DNA from: Vicugna vicugna
Taxonomy: Eukaryota
Reading direction: 5' to 3'
Length of the DNA: 64,000 nt
Assembly (NCBI GenBank): GCA_013265495.1
Contig: MU061578.1
Location: forward strand, 567,308 to 631,307
In this document: piece by piece, positions 26,810-37,265 of the stretch
Layout: each line of letters starts with the position of its first letter
Position numbering within the stretch: the stretch's first letter is position 1
Notes under the pieces: model-generated
Seen by the model: the letters and a program-made list of their open reading frames with translations, nothing else
Told to the model about the DNA's origin: nothing
Database searches by the model: none
Translations under genes and position numbers: made by a program

Positions 26810-27190
26810 TCACCGATGAAAGGGGTCATCAAGAGGACATGACTGCTGGTTGCCCCAGGAACTCGAGCTGGGCAGCTGAAGGCTCCTCACCCTCTCCCCT
26901 GTCCGTGGGACATACGTTCTGTCCACCATTCCCACAGTGGGAGCTTTCCAAGGATGCAGCCGAGAGAGGTGGACATGAGAATAAACCAAGTTAAGGCCGC
27001 CATATAAACTGTTAAACATTCTGGCGGGCAGGTACCGAGATCTCTTCGTCCTACGGTGACTCGACAAGACTCCTAAGTAAGTTCTCTCACTCTCGCTTAT
27101 TAAAACTGCCATCTTCCAATCCGGAGTGGTCTGCCTCTTTCTCTGGTCTCTCCTTGTCCTCCGGGTACCAGGCCAGTTTGCAAACCAACA
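26810..27190 (+). mobile_element. ERV1-like 5' LTR
   Basis: TATAAA (27003-27008), ATTAAA poly(A) signal (27099-27104), ends TTTGCAAACCAACA; homologous to 27840-28287. Exact 5' boundary uncertain. Confidence 0.85.
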
Positions 27191-27192
27191 CT

Positions 27193-27209
27193 TGGCAAGC
27201 CACCAGGAG
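27193..27209 (+). other. Primer binding site, tRNA-Arg(ACG)-type
   Basis: TGGCAAGCCACCAGGAG two bases after the LTR end, versus TGGCGAGCCAGCCAGGAG (complement of the tRNA-Arg-ACG 3' end): one mismatch and one deletion. Confidence 0.8.
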
Positions 27210-27368
27210 ACCACAGAAATGGGTCTTAGGAAAGAGGCACCCACGGGGAGAAGTCCTGGGTCGGCCATCGACCTCTATGTGAGGAGGGGTGTCCTGTATG
27301 TCAGATGCTTGCTGACCGCTGTGCAGTGTCGGACGCCACCAGCAAGCGCTCGTTTGTGGAACTGCACG

Positions 27369-27530
27369 GACGGCGCCACTGTGCACGTACAGACGTCGCT
27401 GCGCACGGGCGGCGCTGCCCACAGACGGCGGCAAGGCGCACGGACAGACGTCGCTGCGTACGGATGGCGGCACGACGCACGGATGAACGTCATTGCGCAC
27501 GGACGGCGGCACTGCGCACGCACGGACGGC
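27369..27530. repeat. CpG-rich 39-bp tandem repeat within the ERV interior
   Basis: Units start at 27369, 27424, 27463 and 27502 (partial), approximately GACGGCGGCACTGCGCACGGACAGACGTCGCTGCGCACG, with a 16-nt partial unit at 27408-27423. Confidence 0.9.
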
Positions 27531-27816
27531 AGTTGACCCACGAGCTGGACTGCGCTGTGCCCTGACGGCAGGTGCGGTGCGTGCAGCTGGCTGGCGTCTT
27601 CTGTGGATGGGTCGGCCGGCCGCCAACGCCCAACTAGTGGCTGAAGCTCAAGTTTGAAAGTGGGAAGAGCTGGGGTTAGAGAAGAACTGCAACGTCCGCT
27701 GCTCTGCTTGCTCCGGGGCTGTTGGAGACCTCAGCGTGCCGGCTTGCGAAGTCACAAGGGCACCAGCTGCCAAGGATTAAGGTCCAGGAGCTTGTGACGA
27801 AGACTTATTAGGTTGC

Positions 27817-27828
27817 TGAGGGGTGGGA
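27817..27828 (+). other. Polypurine-tract-like sequence
   Basis: TGAGGGGTGGGA just upstream of the second LTR copy. Confidence 0.5.
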
Positions 27829-27839
27829 TCCCTGGGAAG

Positions 27840-28287
27840 ATGACGGAGGAGGTCATGGAGAGGATGTGCCCCCCCCCCAGTTGACCCACGAGCTGGACTC
27901 GGGCGTTTCGAGGTGTGTCCTTGAAATGTACACGCCACCCACTGTTCCCACAGTGGGAGCGTTTCGAGGAGGCAGCCTTGAGAGAGTAAGGTGTTGAGAC
28001 CGTTTGGACAGGATATCTGGCTGTGACCCCAGTTAGGCCTCTGTATAAACTGTTAAGACTCTGGCGGGCAGGTGCTGAGATGTACTCGTCTTGCAGCCTC
28101 CCAGGACAAGCCTTGTAGGTAAGTTCCCTATTTTTACAAATAAAAAAATGCTAAGACTTTAAAAAAGAGCGGTAAGCCTTGTAAATTCCTTTGCTTATTA
28201 AACCTGCCACCTACCAATCTGGAGTGGCTGCCTCTTTCTTGGGTCTCTCCTTGTCCTCCAGGTCCGGGGCGAATTTGCAAACCAACA
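27840..28287 (+). mobile_element. ERV1-like 3' LTR (diverged, with insertions)
   Basis: Shares TTCCCACAGTGGGAGC, TATAAACTGTTAA, TCTGGCGGGCAGGT, GCTTATTAAA, GGTCTCTCCTTGTCCTCC and terminal TTTGCAAACCAACA with the 5' LTR. Confidence 0.85.
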
Positions 28288-30049
28288 CTTGCCTGAGGGT
28301 GAAGGGAAGTGACCAATATGTGGATTCTCTGCAAAGGCTTTAGTGAGCTGTAGCAAAGCAAGGCAGAATTGCTAATAACCCTTTACCCTTGGGGCAGCAC
28401 ACACTTTTCCAAGCTGGAGAAGACTCCAAGGCGATTATTGTAATTATAATTCAGTTCTGAATACCTGTACTATGCAGTTGTGTTGAAAACAAAAGCCATG
28501 TTCCTCAGATTTTATTTTTCTTAGACACTAGGAGGATAAAAAGAGACCTCAGAATATCTTTGAACGTAGAGTTTACCAGAATGTAAATGGAATGATTTGG
28601 GGTGGCCTAGGCATGCTCTTAAAAACACGCTAATATTTCAATACACATGAGAAAAATAGTGGATTTTGGTGGTGATACAAAATGATATTGTGGCATGCAC
28701 TTATTGAAATGAAAAGAGTGACACAGCTTTAAAACCTTGGGATGCATTCTCTGCACTATGACAAGTGATGAATACAAGTGAAGTCATAAATTGATGACAG
28801 TGGAATGTGAATAGCTGCTTGCAGTAGGAAGAACCTCCTTCTGCTCCAGCATCACAGATAGATCTGACCACGCCCTTTCTTCTTGGTTCCACTTTCCCAA
28901 CGTTCAACACAAATGCCAATATTTGTCTTCATCAGATTTGCATCTTTGGCAAGATCAGGTGCTTTTACTATGTTAGGACTGGTACAGGGGAGCTGGAGGG
29001 ACTGCAGTTCAATGGTAAGAGGTGACTTTGGAAGGAGCTGCTCCTGGTGCCCCGTTAGTCATCCACAGCTCTGACAAAGTCACCAAGCCTCTCCTTTTCA
29101 TCCTTAGGATTAGCATTTATCCTTAGAAAATTAGCAAGTTCAAGTTCAAGAATTTCCCCTAGGCAAACAACCGTGGAAGTGTGTGCACCCTAGCTGCAAG
29201 AATGCACATTGTCATTGTTCTCACAGGAACTGTTTTATTGGGTTGAGGTAGGAGCAAATGTGTCATTAGATTGAATCATGTGAAACTACCACGTTTGCAG
29301 GTCAAAAATGGGTGAATATTAACAATCCGGTATCTAACAGTAAGAGAGTTGTTAAGCAAATTTCGGCATATTCTGTGTGATAATACACTATGCAGCTATC
29401 TGCAGTAAAGCTGTGGAGTACTATTTAATGACAGATATTATTCAAAACATAGTCTTTTTTAACAAAACTAGACAAACACAAGAAATAGGTTGGCAAACAA
29501 TATAAACAGTGTTACTTGTTTAGAATATATTCATGCATAGAAAAAAGGGCATAACATGGTTTATCTCAAAGTCTTGTATGTTTTCTGTTTCTCATTTTCT
29601 TCATTGGCTGTGATTGCTTCTAGTTTATTTAGTTAAGATGTTTTTAAAAGTTCATTTTAAATTAATGTTTGGCCATTACATTCAGTGCTTAATTCTCTCT
29701 CTCTCTCTCTTAGTCTGGGTATTAAGTAATACACTTGCTGCTATTATTTTCTTTCACTTTGTGAAGTTTATTATTCATGTTTCTTTTGTTAAATAGACTC
29801 AGGTTACTTTCAACACATAACCCCAGGCAGCCGTTTCCAATCCATCAGAATTGTCATGCAAGGTAATACTGATTTTCCTTCCCTCTTCTAGACCCCATCG
29901 GTGAGAGATTTCCCCATCACCTTCAGCCTCACCTCTACACAGGTAGCTCTCTACCTTTCTGACTCCCTCATTCTCCTCTCACTCAGATTTGTACTGCTGC
30001 TCATTGAATTTCTCCATCTCAGCCACTCCTGGTAGTTCAGGGGCACTAG

Positions 30050-30162
30050 TATTGTGACCAGCACATCAGAGTTGGCTGGAAATTTCCTGAATTTAAAATG
30101 GAAAGTCTCATGTCTTAGGATATCCCTCAGTCCCAGGAAAACTGGGAGGTCTGGTTGTTCTA
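30050..30162 (+). mobile_element. MER81-like MITE (degenerate)
   Basis: TATTGTGACCAGC...GAAAGTCTCATGTCTTAGGATATCCCTCAGTCCCAGGAAAACTGGGAG...GGTTGTTCTA. Confidence 0.55.
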
Positions 30163-30255
30163 GCATGAGTTTGAGTTAGGAGAGGTCACTGTAGACAAGA
30201 ACATTAGTGACCTAGCAAAGCTTAATAAAAAAAAATGTTAAAAGTTAATAGAAGA

Positions 30256-30378
30256 GGGGAGGGAGTAGCTCAAGTGGTAGAGTGCATGCTTAGCATGCAT
30301 GAGGCCTGGGTTCCATCCCCAGTACCTCCTCCAAAAATAAATGCACCTAATTACACCCCCCCAAAATAATAAAAACTA
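30256..30378 (+). mobile_element. tRNA-derived SINE (camelid Vic-1-like)
   Basis: GGGGAGGGAGTAGCTCAAGTGGTAGAGTGCATGCTTAGCATGCATGAGGCCTGGGTTCCATCCCCAGTACCTCC; AAAAGTTAATA on both flanks (30240-30250, 30379-30389). Confidence 0.9.
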
Positions 30379-32149
30379 AAAAGTTAATACAGAATTCAGA
30401 TAATTGGGCCAAGGCCAAGGAGGGTGGTCTCCAGCTTACAGTCTATGGAAGGTCTTTAAGAAAATTGGGAGAATGGAAGTAACATCCCAGGGCTTCTAGG
30501 AATCCAGGTACAAGTGATCATAACAGTTCAGGCTCTGATATCTACCAGAGAACAGCTACTGATTTAACCAGAGGAACTAGACCATCTAACTCAGAGCAGA
30601 CAGTGCCTCCAGCCTCTGGCCAGGTTCTTAGGGACCTTCTAGCAGATCAATTCCAAATGGTCTCAGGCTTGTGAATGTGGTGCAAGGCTGAACTCCTAGC
30701 CTCTGGAGTGGACCCTCTGTATTTCTCAATCTTTGCAGGTTGGTTTTAGCTCTCAGCCCATATCAAGCCATTCCTTTCCTCTGTGAATTCAGGGCACCTT
30801 ATTTTCTAGAGCACTAAGTAAGCACCAAAGTGAATGATGATCATGTTCTAAGTTAATGATACTTCCCTAGTTTTCCACATGCAAAAAAGTGAAAACTCTC
30901 TAATTTCTTCATCCAAGAGGCCATTAATAGAAATCTTTAAAAAGACAGTTTCTTAGCACTGGAAATATTAAGCTGTTATTATGGCAAATGAGCTTATTTT
31001 TACTTTCAAATGAAAGTATAAATAAGTAATAAGTAAATATCTGCGCTTTCAGTTCTGTAATGAATAAGGACAGAATTGGGAGCTGAAAGACTGTGTGCCC
31101 ATTAGAGAGACCGGGAAATTAACATTTGTTGACATTTTCCTGTTTTTAGTTTTAATGTAAACTAGAGGCAGTTAAGTTATGTTCAACACATTTCCCTTGT
31201 AAATATTTTCCGTTTCTCTATACAGTAACCAAGATGTCTTAGAACAGTGCCATATTAGCAGGTCCCAAATGAGGAGGGAAAGAAGCCTTACCTGTCCTCC
31301 GTCAGTGTGAAAATAGAAAGCCGCAATCCTTCAATAATTCAGTGTTTCTCTTCTTCTGTTTCTCATTCACATTGTGACCGTGCCATTCACCATTCAGGAT
31401 GCCTTCTGTGTTTTCGTTTTCCGTTTGTTTGTTTGTTTTTTAACACAGTTGATCTCTAGGTAAATCTATAAATCCCCACTCAGGAGAACATAAATTATCC
31501 GATGCTTGAATGAAATGAAGACAAAAGCAAGCTTGAATATTTAAACTTACAGCAAGTATCTTCCATGATAGATCCTTGCAGACTCCAACTCATTTTTTCC
31601 TTTGATATCTATGACTGCTATAAAGTCCCAGTTTATCATATAACATTACAATTTATGGTGTAACCAGCTTGTATACTGACTATAAACCCTTCATCAATGC
31701 CACTGTAAAGGGTTTATAGTCCATAAATAGAAGAACAAGACTGTCTTGCCTCCTTGTTTTGCCCACTACACAGCACTTCAGACATGTCAGCTTGGTTATT
31801 TGTTTTACGAGCTGGGTGAGTTACGGGAAAATAAGTGGATACATTGTTTTGCCTCTCTCAAATCCAGAGACAATTCAGGGTCACAGGGGAGATTAACAAT
31901 GGGAGTGTTGGCTGGAGAGATGTAAGAGGATACATCGGTTCTTATCACATCATTAATCTATAGATGGGAAACTTTTTAAAAAATCTCAAAATTCAAATAA
32001 TTAGGAATATGCGCTTTAAAAACCAACTCACTATCTAATAATGGCACATCTTAAATTCATGGGGATATATAATCTGACAGTATTCCCTGTTGTTCAGTCA
32101 CCTGTTTCTTAAGCTCTTTTCTCTGTACCACCCCACTTTTTGGAAAGAG

Positions 32150-32700
32150 TATTGGATTTTAGTGTTTGGAAGAACTGGGTTCAAATTCTAGCCCCCAGTC
32201 CTGATTATCTGTGTGGTCCCAGGCAAGCCTCTAACTTTGATCAATGCTTTCCTCATCTGTGAAATTGAGGTGATGATAACGCCAGGATAATTTTCATTTC
32301 CTTGGTCCTCATTATTCTGCAGGTACTCACACAGATGATGGTGGTGATGTGATGATGGTAATGATTGTAGTGATGACTGTGATAAGGATGATAAGATGAT
32401 GCTGATGATGATGCTGATGACGGTGATGACGGTAACAATATGGATGTCTTGATGATGACAGGGGTTATAATGATGACAGCTAACGATGATCTAGTTTCTT
32501 TATGGCCAGGTACAGTTTTAAGTGCATTGTGCATATTATCTCACTTAATCACAACAACCTTGTTTTACATATGAGAACAATGAAGCTCACAGTGGTTAAA
32601 TAACTTGCTCATAGTCACATAACTTATGTAACAGGGTAGGCTTTGAACCCAGCACTCTGATTCTGTGGTCCTCAGTTTTAATCACGCCACTATATCATTT
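32150..32700. repeat. Two MIRs in opposite orientation flanking a degenerate (GAT)n tract (~32330-32490)
   Basis: CTGGGTTCAAATTCTAGC...TTTCCTCATCTGTGAAATTG; GATGATGGTGGTGATG...; ACATATGAGAACAATGAAGCTCACAG...TTTGAACCCAG. Confidence 0.7.
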
Positions 32701-33499
32701 TAATGGGTGGTTCAAATGAATGGTGATGATTCGTATTCTGTTTTACTCTTCCACTGTCTGCATAATGAAACTGTCAATCTCTGCACAGTCTTAAAATAAC
32801 TCCAGGAGTCCTGAGGAGGGTATTTCTTCTCATCTGAATCTGCCTTGTTGTCTGCAAAGCTCCAGATCCCAGGGCCTCATGCCTAGAGCTGGGGCCCTCC
32901 GTGAGGTTGACGTTTTCTCTGACAACTCTTAAGAACCCCAGGGCAAATCCTCACGATGCAAAGCGCAGCTGTTCCCCTCAGAGGACCAAAACCATGTTGT
33001 GCTCCTAACAGTGATGAAGATGAATCCCTACTTGGTCTCCTAGACCCCAAATCAATTCTGCTTGTGTGTCCCAATCTCCCAGTTCCTTGTGCCAACAGTT
33101 TCTTTGGCTTCCTAGGCCAGAAAAACATTCATGGGGCCACATCGAAGACAAAGCCAGCTCCCCATCATGCTGCAGAGTGCCCCATCTTTGCTGTGATGAG
33201 CATCCAACTTGGTTGCTGGTGAGGAATCTACAATTTTGGGGGAGGGGGACTTTTAGTAATATTCCAGAATATTCCAGAACTAACTGGATTAAGATTAAAA
33301 ACCCTTCCGATAAATGGAAAGGCCCAATGGAAAGTGTCTTCACTTCATGGGAAGCCAAAGGGGAGAGAAGGTCCCAACTTTAATTATGGGCACATTTGAA
33401 TATCTTCATTCTGAACAAGACACAAAGAAGCTCAGGTGAGCCTTGAGGGATTTTCAGCCAAAAGCTGGCTAATCTCCAGTTAAACAGGGCCATTATCTC

Positions 33500-33770
33500 T
33501 CACTCCCCGGGAGAAAGTCAAGCAGAACTGATTTGATTAGCAGCAGATTAACCTCTCTAACACCGCCATCCTGGGTTTTACACCTGTCACTTGAGTATGA
33601 CAATTTATATTTATTCAAAAAGCCATGAGACAGTAAATTAAACATTGCCCTAATTAGAAAAGTGTCATATGTTACAGTGGGGAAGCCACCTGATCTAATT
33701 TTCCAACCGGCCCTATACAAAGAACGCGCTGGGGTGGCATTAGCCGAAGCCCTATAAACACTGTCGCCCG
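33500..33770. promoter_or_regulatory. Candidate conserved enhancer block
   Basis: Overlapping T-box/MEIS/NKX2-type sites (33578-33594), CTAATTAG (33650-33657), further TGACA/TGTCA sites, retained CpGs. Confidence 0.4.
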
Positions 33771-34349
33771 GGGAAGGAGAAAACTCTGGACTGCTGATGT
33801 TACATCTTGGTTTTTGAGAGAAGAGGCTCAGAATTCAGTGCAAGGAGCATCTGTTGTGACCCTGCGAAGTGCCTGGCAATGGACAGTGAGCTGGGACTCA
33901 GCTGGGAAGCAGAGGGGATCCCTGTCCTTCGTGACTTCAGAATCCAGTAGGAGAGACAGGCTAGAACTCAGTCCGTTTGGATTCAGTTTGGGCTAAGAGT
34001 AAAGCCTCAGTGTTGTGAAGATAGAAAGAAGCCTTTCCCACCCTTACCCCCCCTCCCCCCGGGTTAAGGCAGTATCGGGGGAAAGGTGACAAAGAGATTA
34101 TCCTGGGAAGTCATGACATCTAAAGTGGTATCTGAGGATTATACAACAGTTTTCCAGGCTGAAAGGGCTGAGGAGGAAATAGAACTTGCAAAAATCCCGA
34201 TAGGGAGGCAATCCATGGTGTGTTTAGGGACTCATTGGTTCACGATAAGTAGCAAAATACGCACTATATGCATAGGAAAATGTGAGCCTTGAGGGAGGGA
34301 AGAGTCAGGTCGTGAAAAGCTGGGATGTCATATCAAGAAACACACTTTT

Positions 34350-34880
34350 CAAAAATTGAGTTGCCACCTGCATACCACAAATCTAAGCACATAGCTTGAT
34401 TAGTTTGCGTGTAGGTGCGCGTCCATGGAAACAACACTCCCGTCAGCATGTGGAACAGTTTCGGCTATTGATTCCCGCTTGGTGCCAGTCAATAGCCCCC
34501 AAAGGTTACTCCTCTGATCTCTGTCACCAAATACTGTTTGCCTGTCTTTGAACTTTGTAGGCGTGGGGTGATGCAGTGTAGACATCTTCTGTCTGCCTTC
34601 TTGTATTCGATACTGTCTCCCTGATAATACTTTCTTGTTGTGTTTGGTCCTGTTTTGATTGCTGTGTCTCATCCCATGTTTTGAATGCATCACCCTGTAT
34701 CCAGCCCAGTCTGCTGTTGATGAACATTATGATTATTAATGGTGTCAGATGTTATAAACAATGCTATGATAGACATTCTTGCACATGTCTTCCAGAAGTT
34801 TTCCTTTCTATTGGGTGTATCCCCAGGAGTGACATTGTTGTGTCAGGGGTATGCTATGGTGTGTGTTCAGGCTCATAAGA
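34350..34880 (-). mobile_element. Old L1M 3' fragment
   Basis: AATACTGTTTGCCTGTCTTTGAACTTTG...TTATAAACAATGCTATGATAGACATTCTTGCACATGTCTT...GGGTGTATCCCCAGGAGTG. Confidence 0.6.
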
Positions 34881-36549
34881 ACATACCTTGTCCCATTCAT
34901 TCTACAGCATTTCTAGAATACCTCCTAAGAGCTGGGGGTACAGCAGTCAGGAGTACGGTGCCCCACCCTCCTGACATTTGCTTTCTGGTATAACCTCAAT
35001 TGACCACATAAACCCCAAGTCATGGCTGGAGTAAATTGGCCATCCCAAGGCATTCAAGAGTGGAGAATAATGATGGAAATCCTTATAATTTGCCCTATGG
35101 GTATGCCTAAACTCTTAAAAGCTAAGATGTGGAGAACTAGTGGTCTGTTACTGAGCAACAGGAGAGAAGGATTTTAGGGGGAAAGAGTCTGATGGAGACA
35201 TATTGCCCACCACATTACCTCTCGTCATAATGTGTCACAGCCTTGTTTTGACCCCAGGGGGGGTGTGACACACACAGTCCCCGATGCGAGGGACCCAGTG
35301 CTCTTGGGACGTGATTCCTGGAAACCAGAAGGGAAACCAGAGCGTACAGGATGGTGTGGGGAGAGCCATCTGACCCTCTGCTGGGTGCATCAGCTTCTCT
35401 AAACAGTTTTCCACTTGTTTCCAAGCTGGAATCCTCTTGCGGAGGCGGGACACTGGGCCAAGCCCAGTCCCTTACCCTGGAGGAAGAAAATGGAAGCTGG
35501 CTTGTCCACTGGACCTAGCTTCCTGAGCACACTCAGCCAATCCTGGGATTTGAGCGCTTTGACCAGGTTTGGAAAGCTATTTCTAGAGTGAGGAACTTAC
35601 CAAAGAAAAAGGAAACAAAGACGAAATCATGTCCTTGCCATTTTGAATAGGAAGACAAAACCAACACAAGTTTATTTACATGATAAACCAAATGAGAACT
35701 TCCAAGGAGATCACATAGATCTCCAGGATTAAATAGGAACTTAAGGAAACACTGCAGTCTCTTTGGCACCTCAGTCTGAGCCGTCACCAGCCGGGACCTC
35801 CATCCATCAGAAAGACAGGGGGAACCTACATTTATCCTCTGAGGACAGCAGTGAGGCATGGAGAATCTCAAAGGCTTTTTACTCTTTGATCCAATAATTC
35901 TAATTTTAGAATACATAGATATGTAGGATATTGATTGTAGTATCATTTATAATAGAAATAAACCAGGGGGAAAGTATGTATTCAAAATAGGTGAATGGTT
36001 AAATGAATTATGATATGTTCCTATGGTGGACAATTATAGACCATGAAGATTATTTTAGGAAAAATGCTTAACATACTTAACGATGTAAATTTAACTGATG
36101 AAAAAGCAATATACAGAACTGTATATATTGAGCATGATAAATCCATTTCATTCTTCATGTCATCACCAATTGGTGGCTAACAGCCTCTGGGAGCTCTGTG
36201 TGGGAAAAGATTCTGAGGTCTGGTGTGCACCCAGCAGAAATGATTAGCAAGTTCTTTGTGGGCAGAAAAGGGGAGGACATCCCACCTGTGCCAGCAATTT
36301 CCCGTGCCTGGTTTACTCACAATAATTTAAACTATGACACACACAATATGTATTCATCCACATGAGTATGTTAATGCAGGCAAGAGGGGAAAAAAAAATA
36401 ACTGAGCAAAAAAGTAAAACTCCGTTGATCAGCAGGAAAGCATGACCTGTTTACTTATGCGATAAGATGGGGAAGGCTATCTGAGGCTTCTGAGGCATCT
36501 TAATGATTCCTTGGACTAAGTCAAGTCATAGAGAGATACCAGTAGATTT

Positions 36550-37265
36550 CACACCCGCTGGAAGGGGACAACCATTCAAAGGCAGGCAGTAGCATGTTTG
36601 TTGAGGAGTTGGGCACATGGGAGCCCTTAAACATTGCTGGTAGGAATGCAAAATGACACAGCGACTTTGCAAAATGGTTTGGCCATTTCCTAAAAAGTCA
36701 AACATACATTTCTCCGATGACTCAGCAATTCCACGCGTAGGTATTTACTCTAGAGAAAAGGAAGCATGTAGCTAGCACATGAATGTTCTTAGCGGCATAA
36801 TGTATAATAACCCCAAACTGGAAACAACCTGAATGTCCATCAGGAGGTGCGTTGAGACACAAAATGTGGACCCTCCATCCAATGGATTATTATTCAGCCA
36901 TAAAAAGAGATGAAGTACTAATATCGTCACAACATGGAGGGAGCTTAGTAACATTTTTTTGAAGTGAAAGAGTCCGGATACAAAAGACCACATACTGTAT
37001 GCTTCCATTTATCTGAAATTCCTTATAAAAGACATATCTATAGAGATAGAAAGGGAATCAGTGTTTACCTGAGGTTGAGAAAGAAATGGAGATTAATTAT
37101 AAAAGAGCATGAAGGATCTTGTCACGGTGATGGACATGCTCGGAGACTGGGTTATGGTGATGGCTGCACAATTCAGTGAATTTACTGAGCATCGCTGAAC
37201 TGCACAATTTAAAAAGCAGTCATTTATGATGTATAAGTTTACCTCAACAGAGTTGTTTAAAAAAG
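36550..37265 (+). mobile_element. Old L1 (L1MB/MC-like) ORF2 end and 3' UTR
   Basis: CATTGCTGGTAGGAATGCAAAATG...GACTCAGCAATTCCACGCGTAGGTATTTAC...CCATAAAAAGAGATGAAGTACT...TTACCTCAACAGAGTTGTTTAAAAAA. Confidence 0.8.

Noticed and set aside
27369..27551. CRISPR-like array
   Set aside because: Mammalian context; units are degenerate head-to-tail repeats with no unique spacers or cas genes.
27087..27626. 179-aa minus-strand ORF with 13-aa repeats (CAVPPSVRNDVHP...) and overlapping ORFs in other frames
   Set aside because: The 39-bp GC-rich repeat is stop-poor and a multiple of 3, so several frames are open. The track's start is not an ATG and there is no gag/pol/env similarity.
30256..30330. tRNA genes (also at ~8015-8088 and ~50115-50190)
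   Set aside because: A/B boxes are followed by SINE body and A-rich tail, with TSD-like flanks at two of the three copies; these are SINE heads.
32253..32534. His/Ser-rich ORF
   Set aside because: Translation of a degenerate (GAT)n microsatellite between MIRs.
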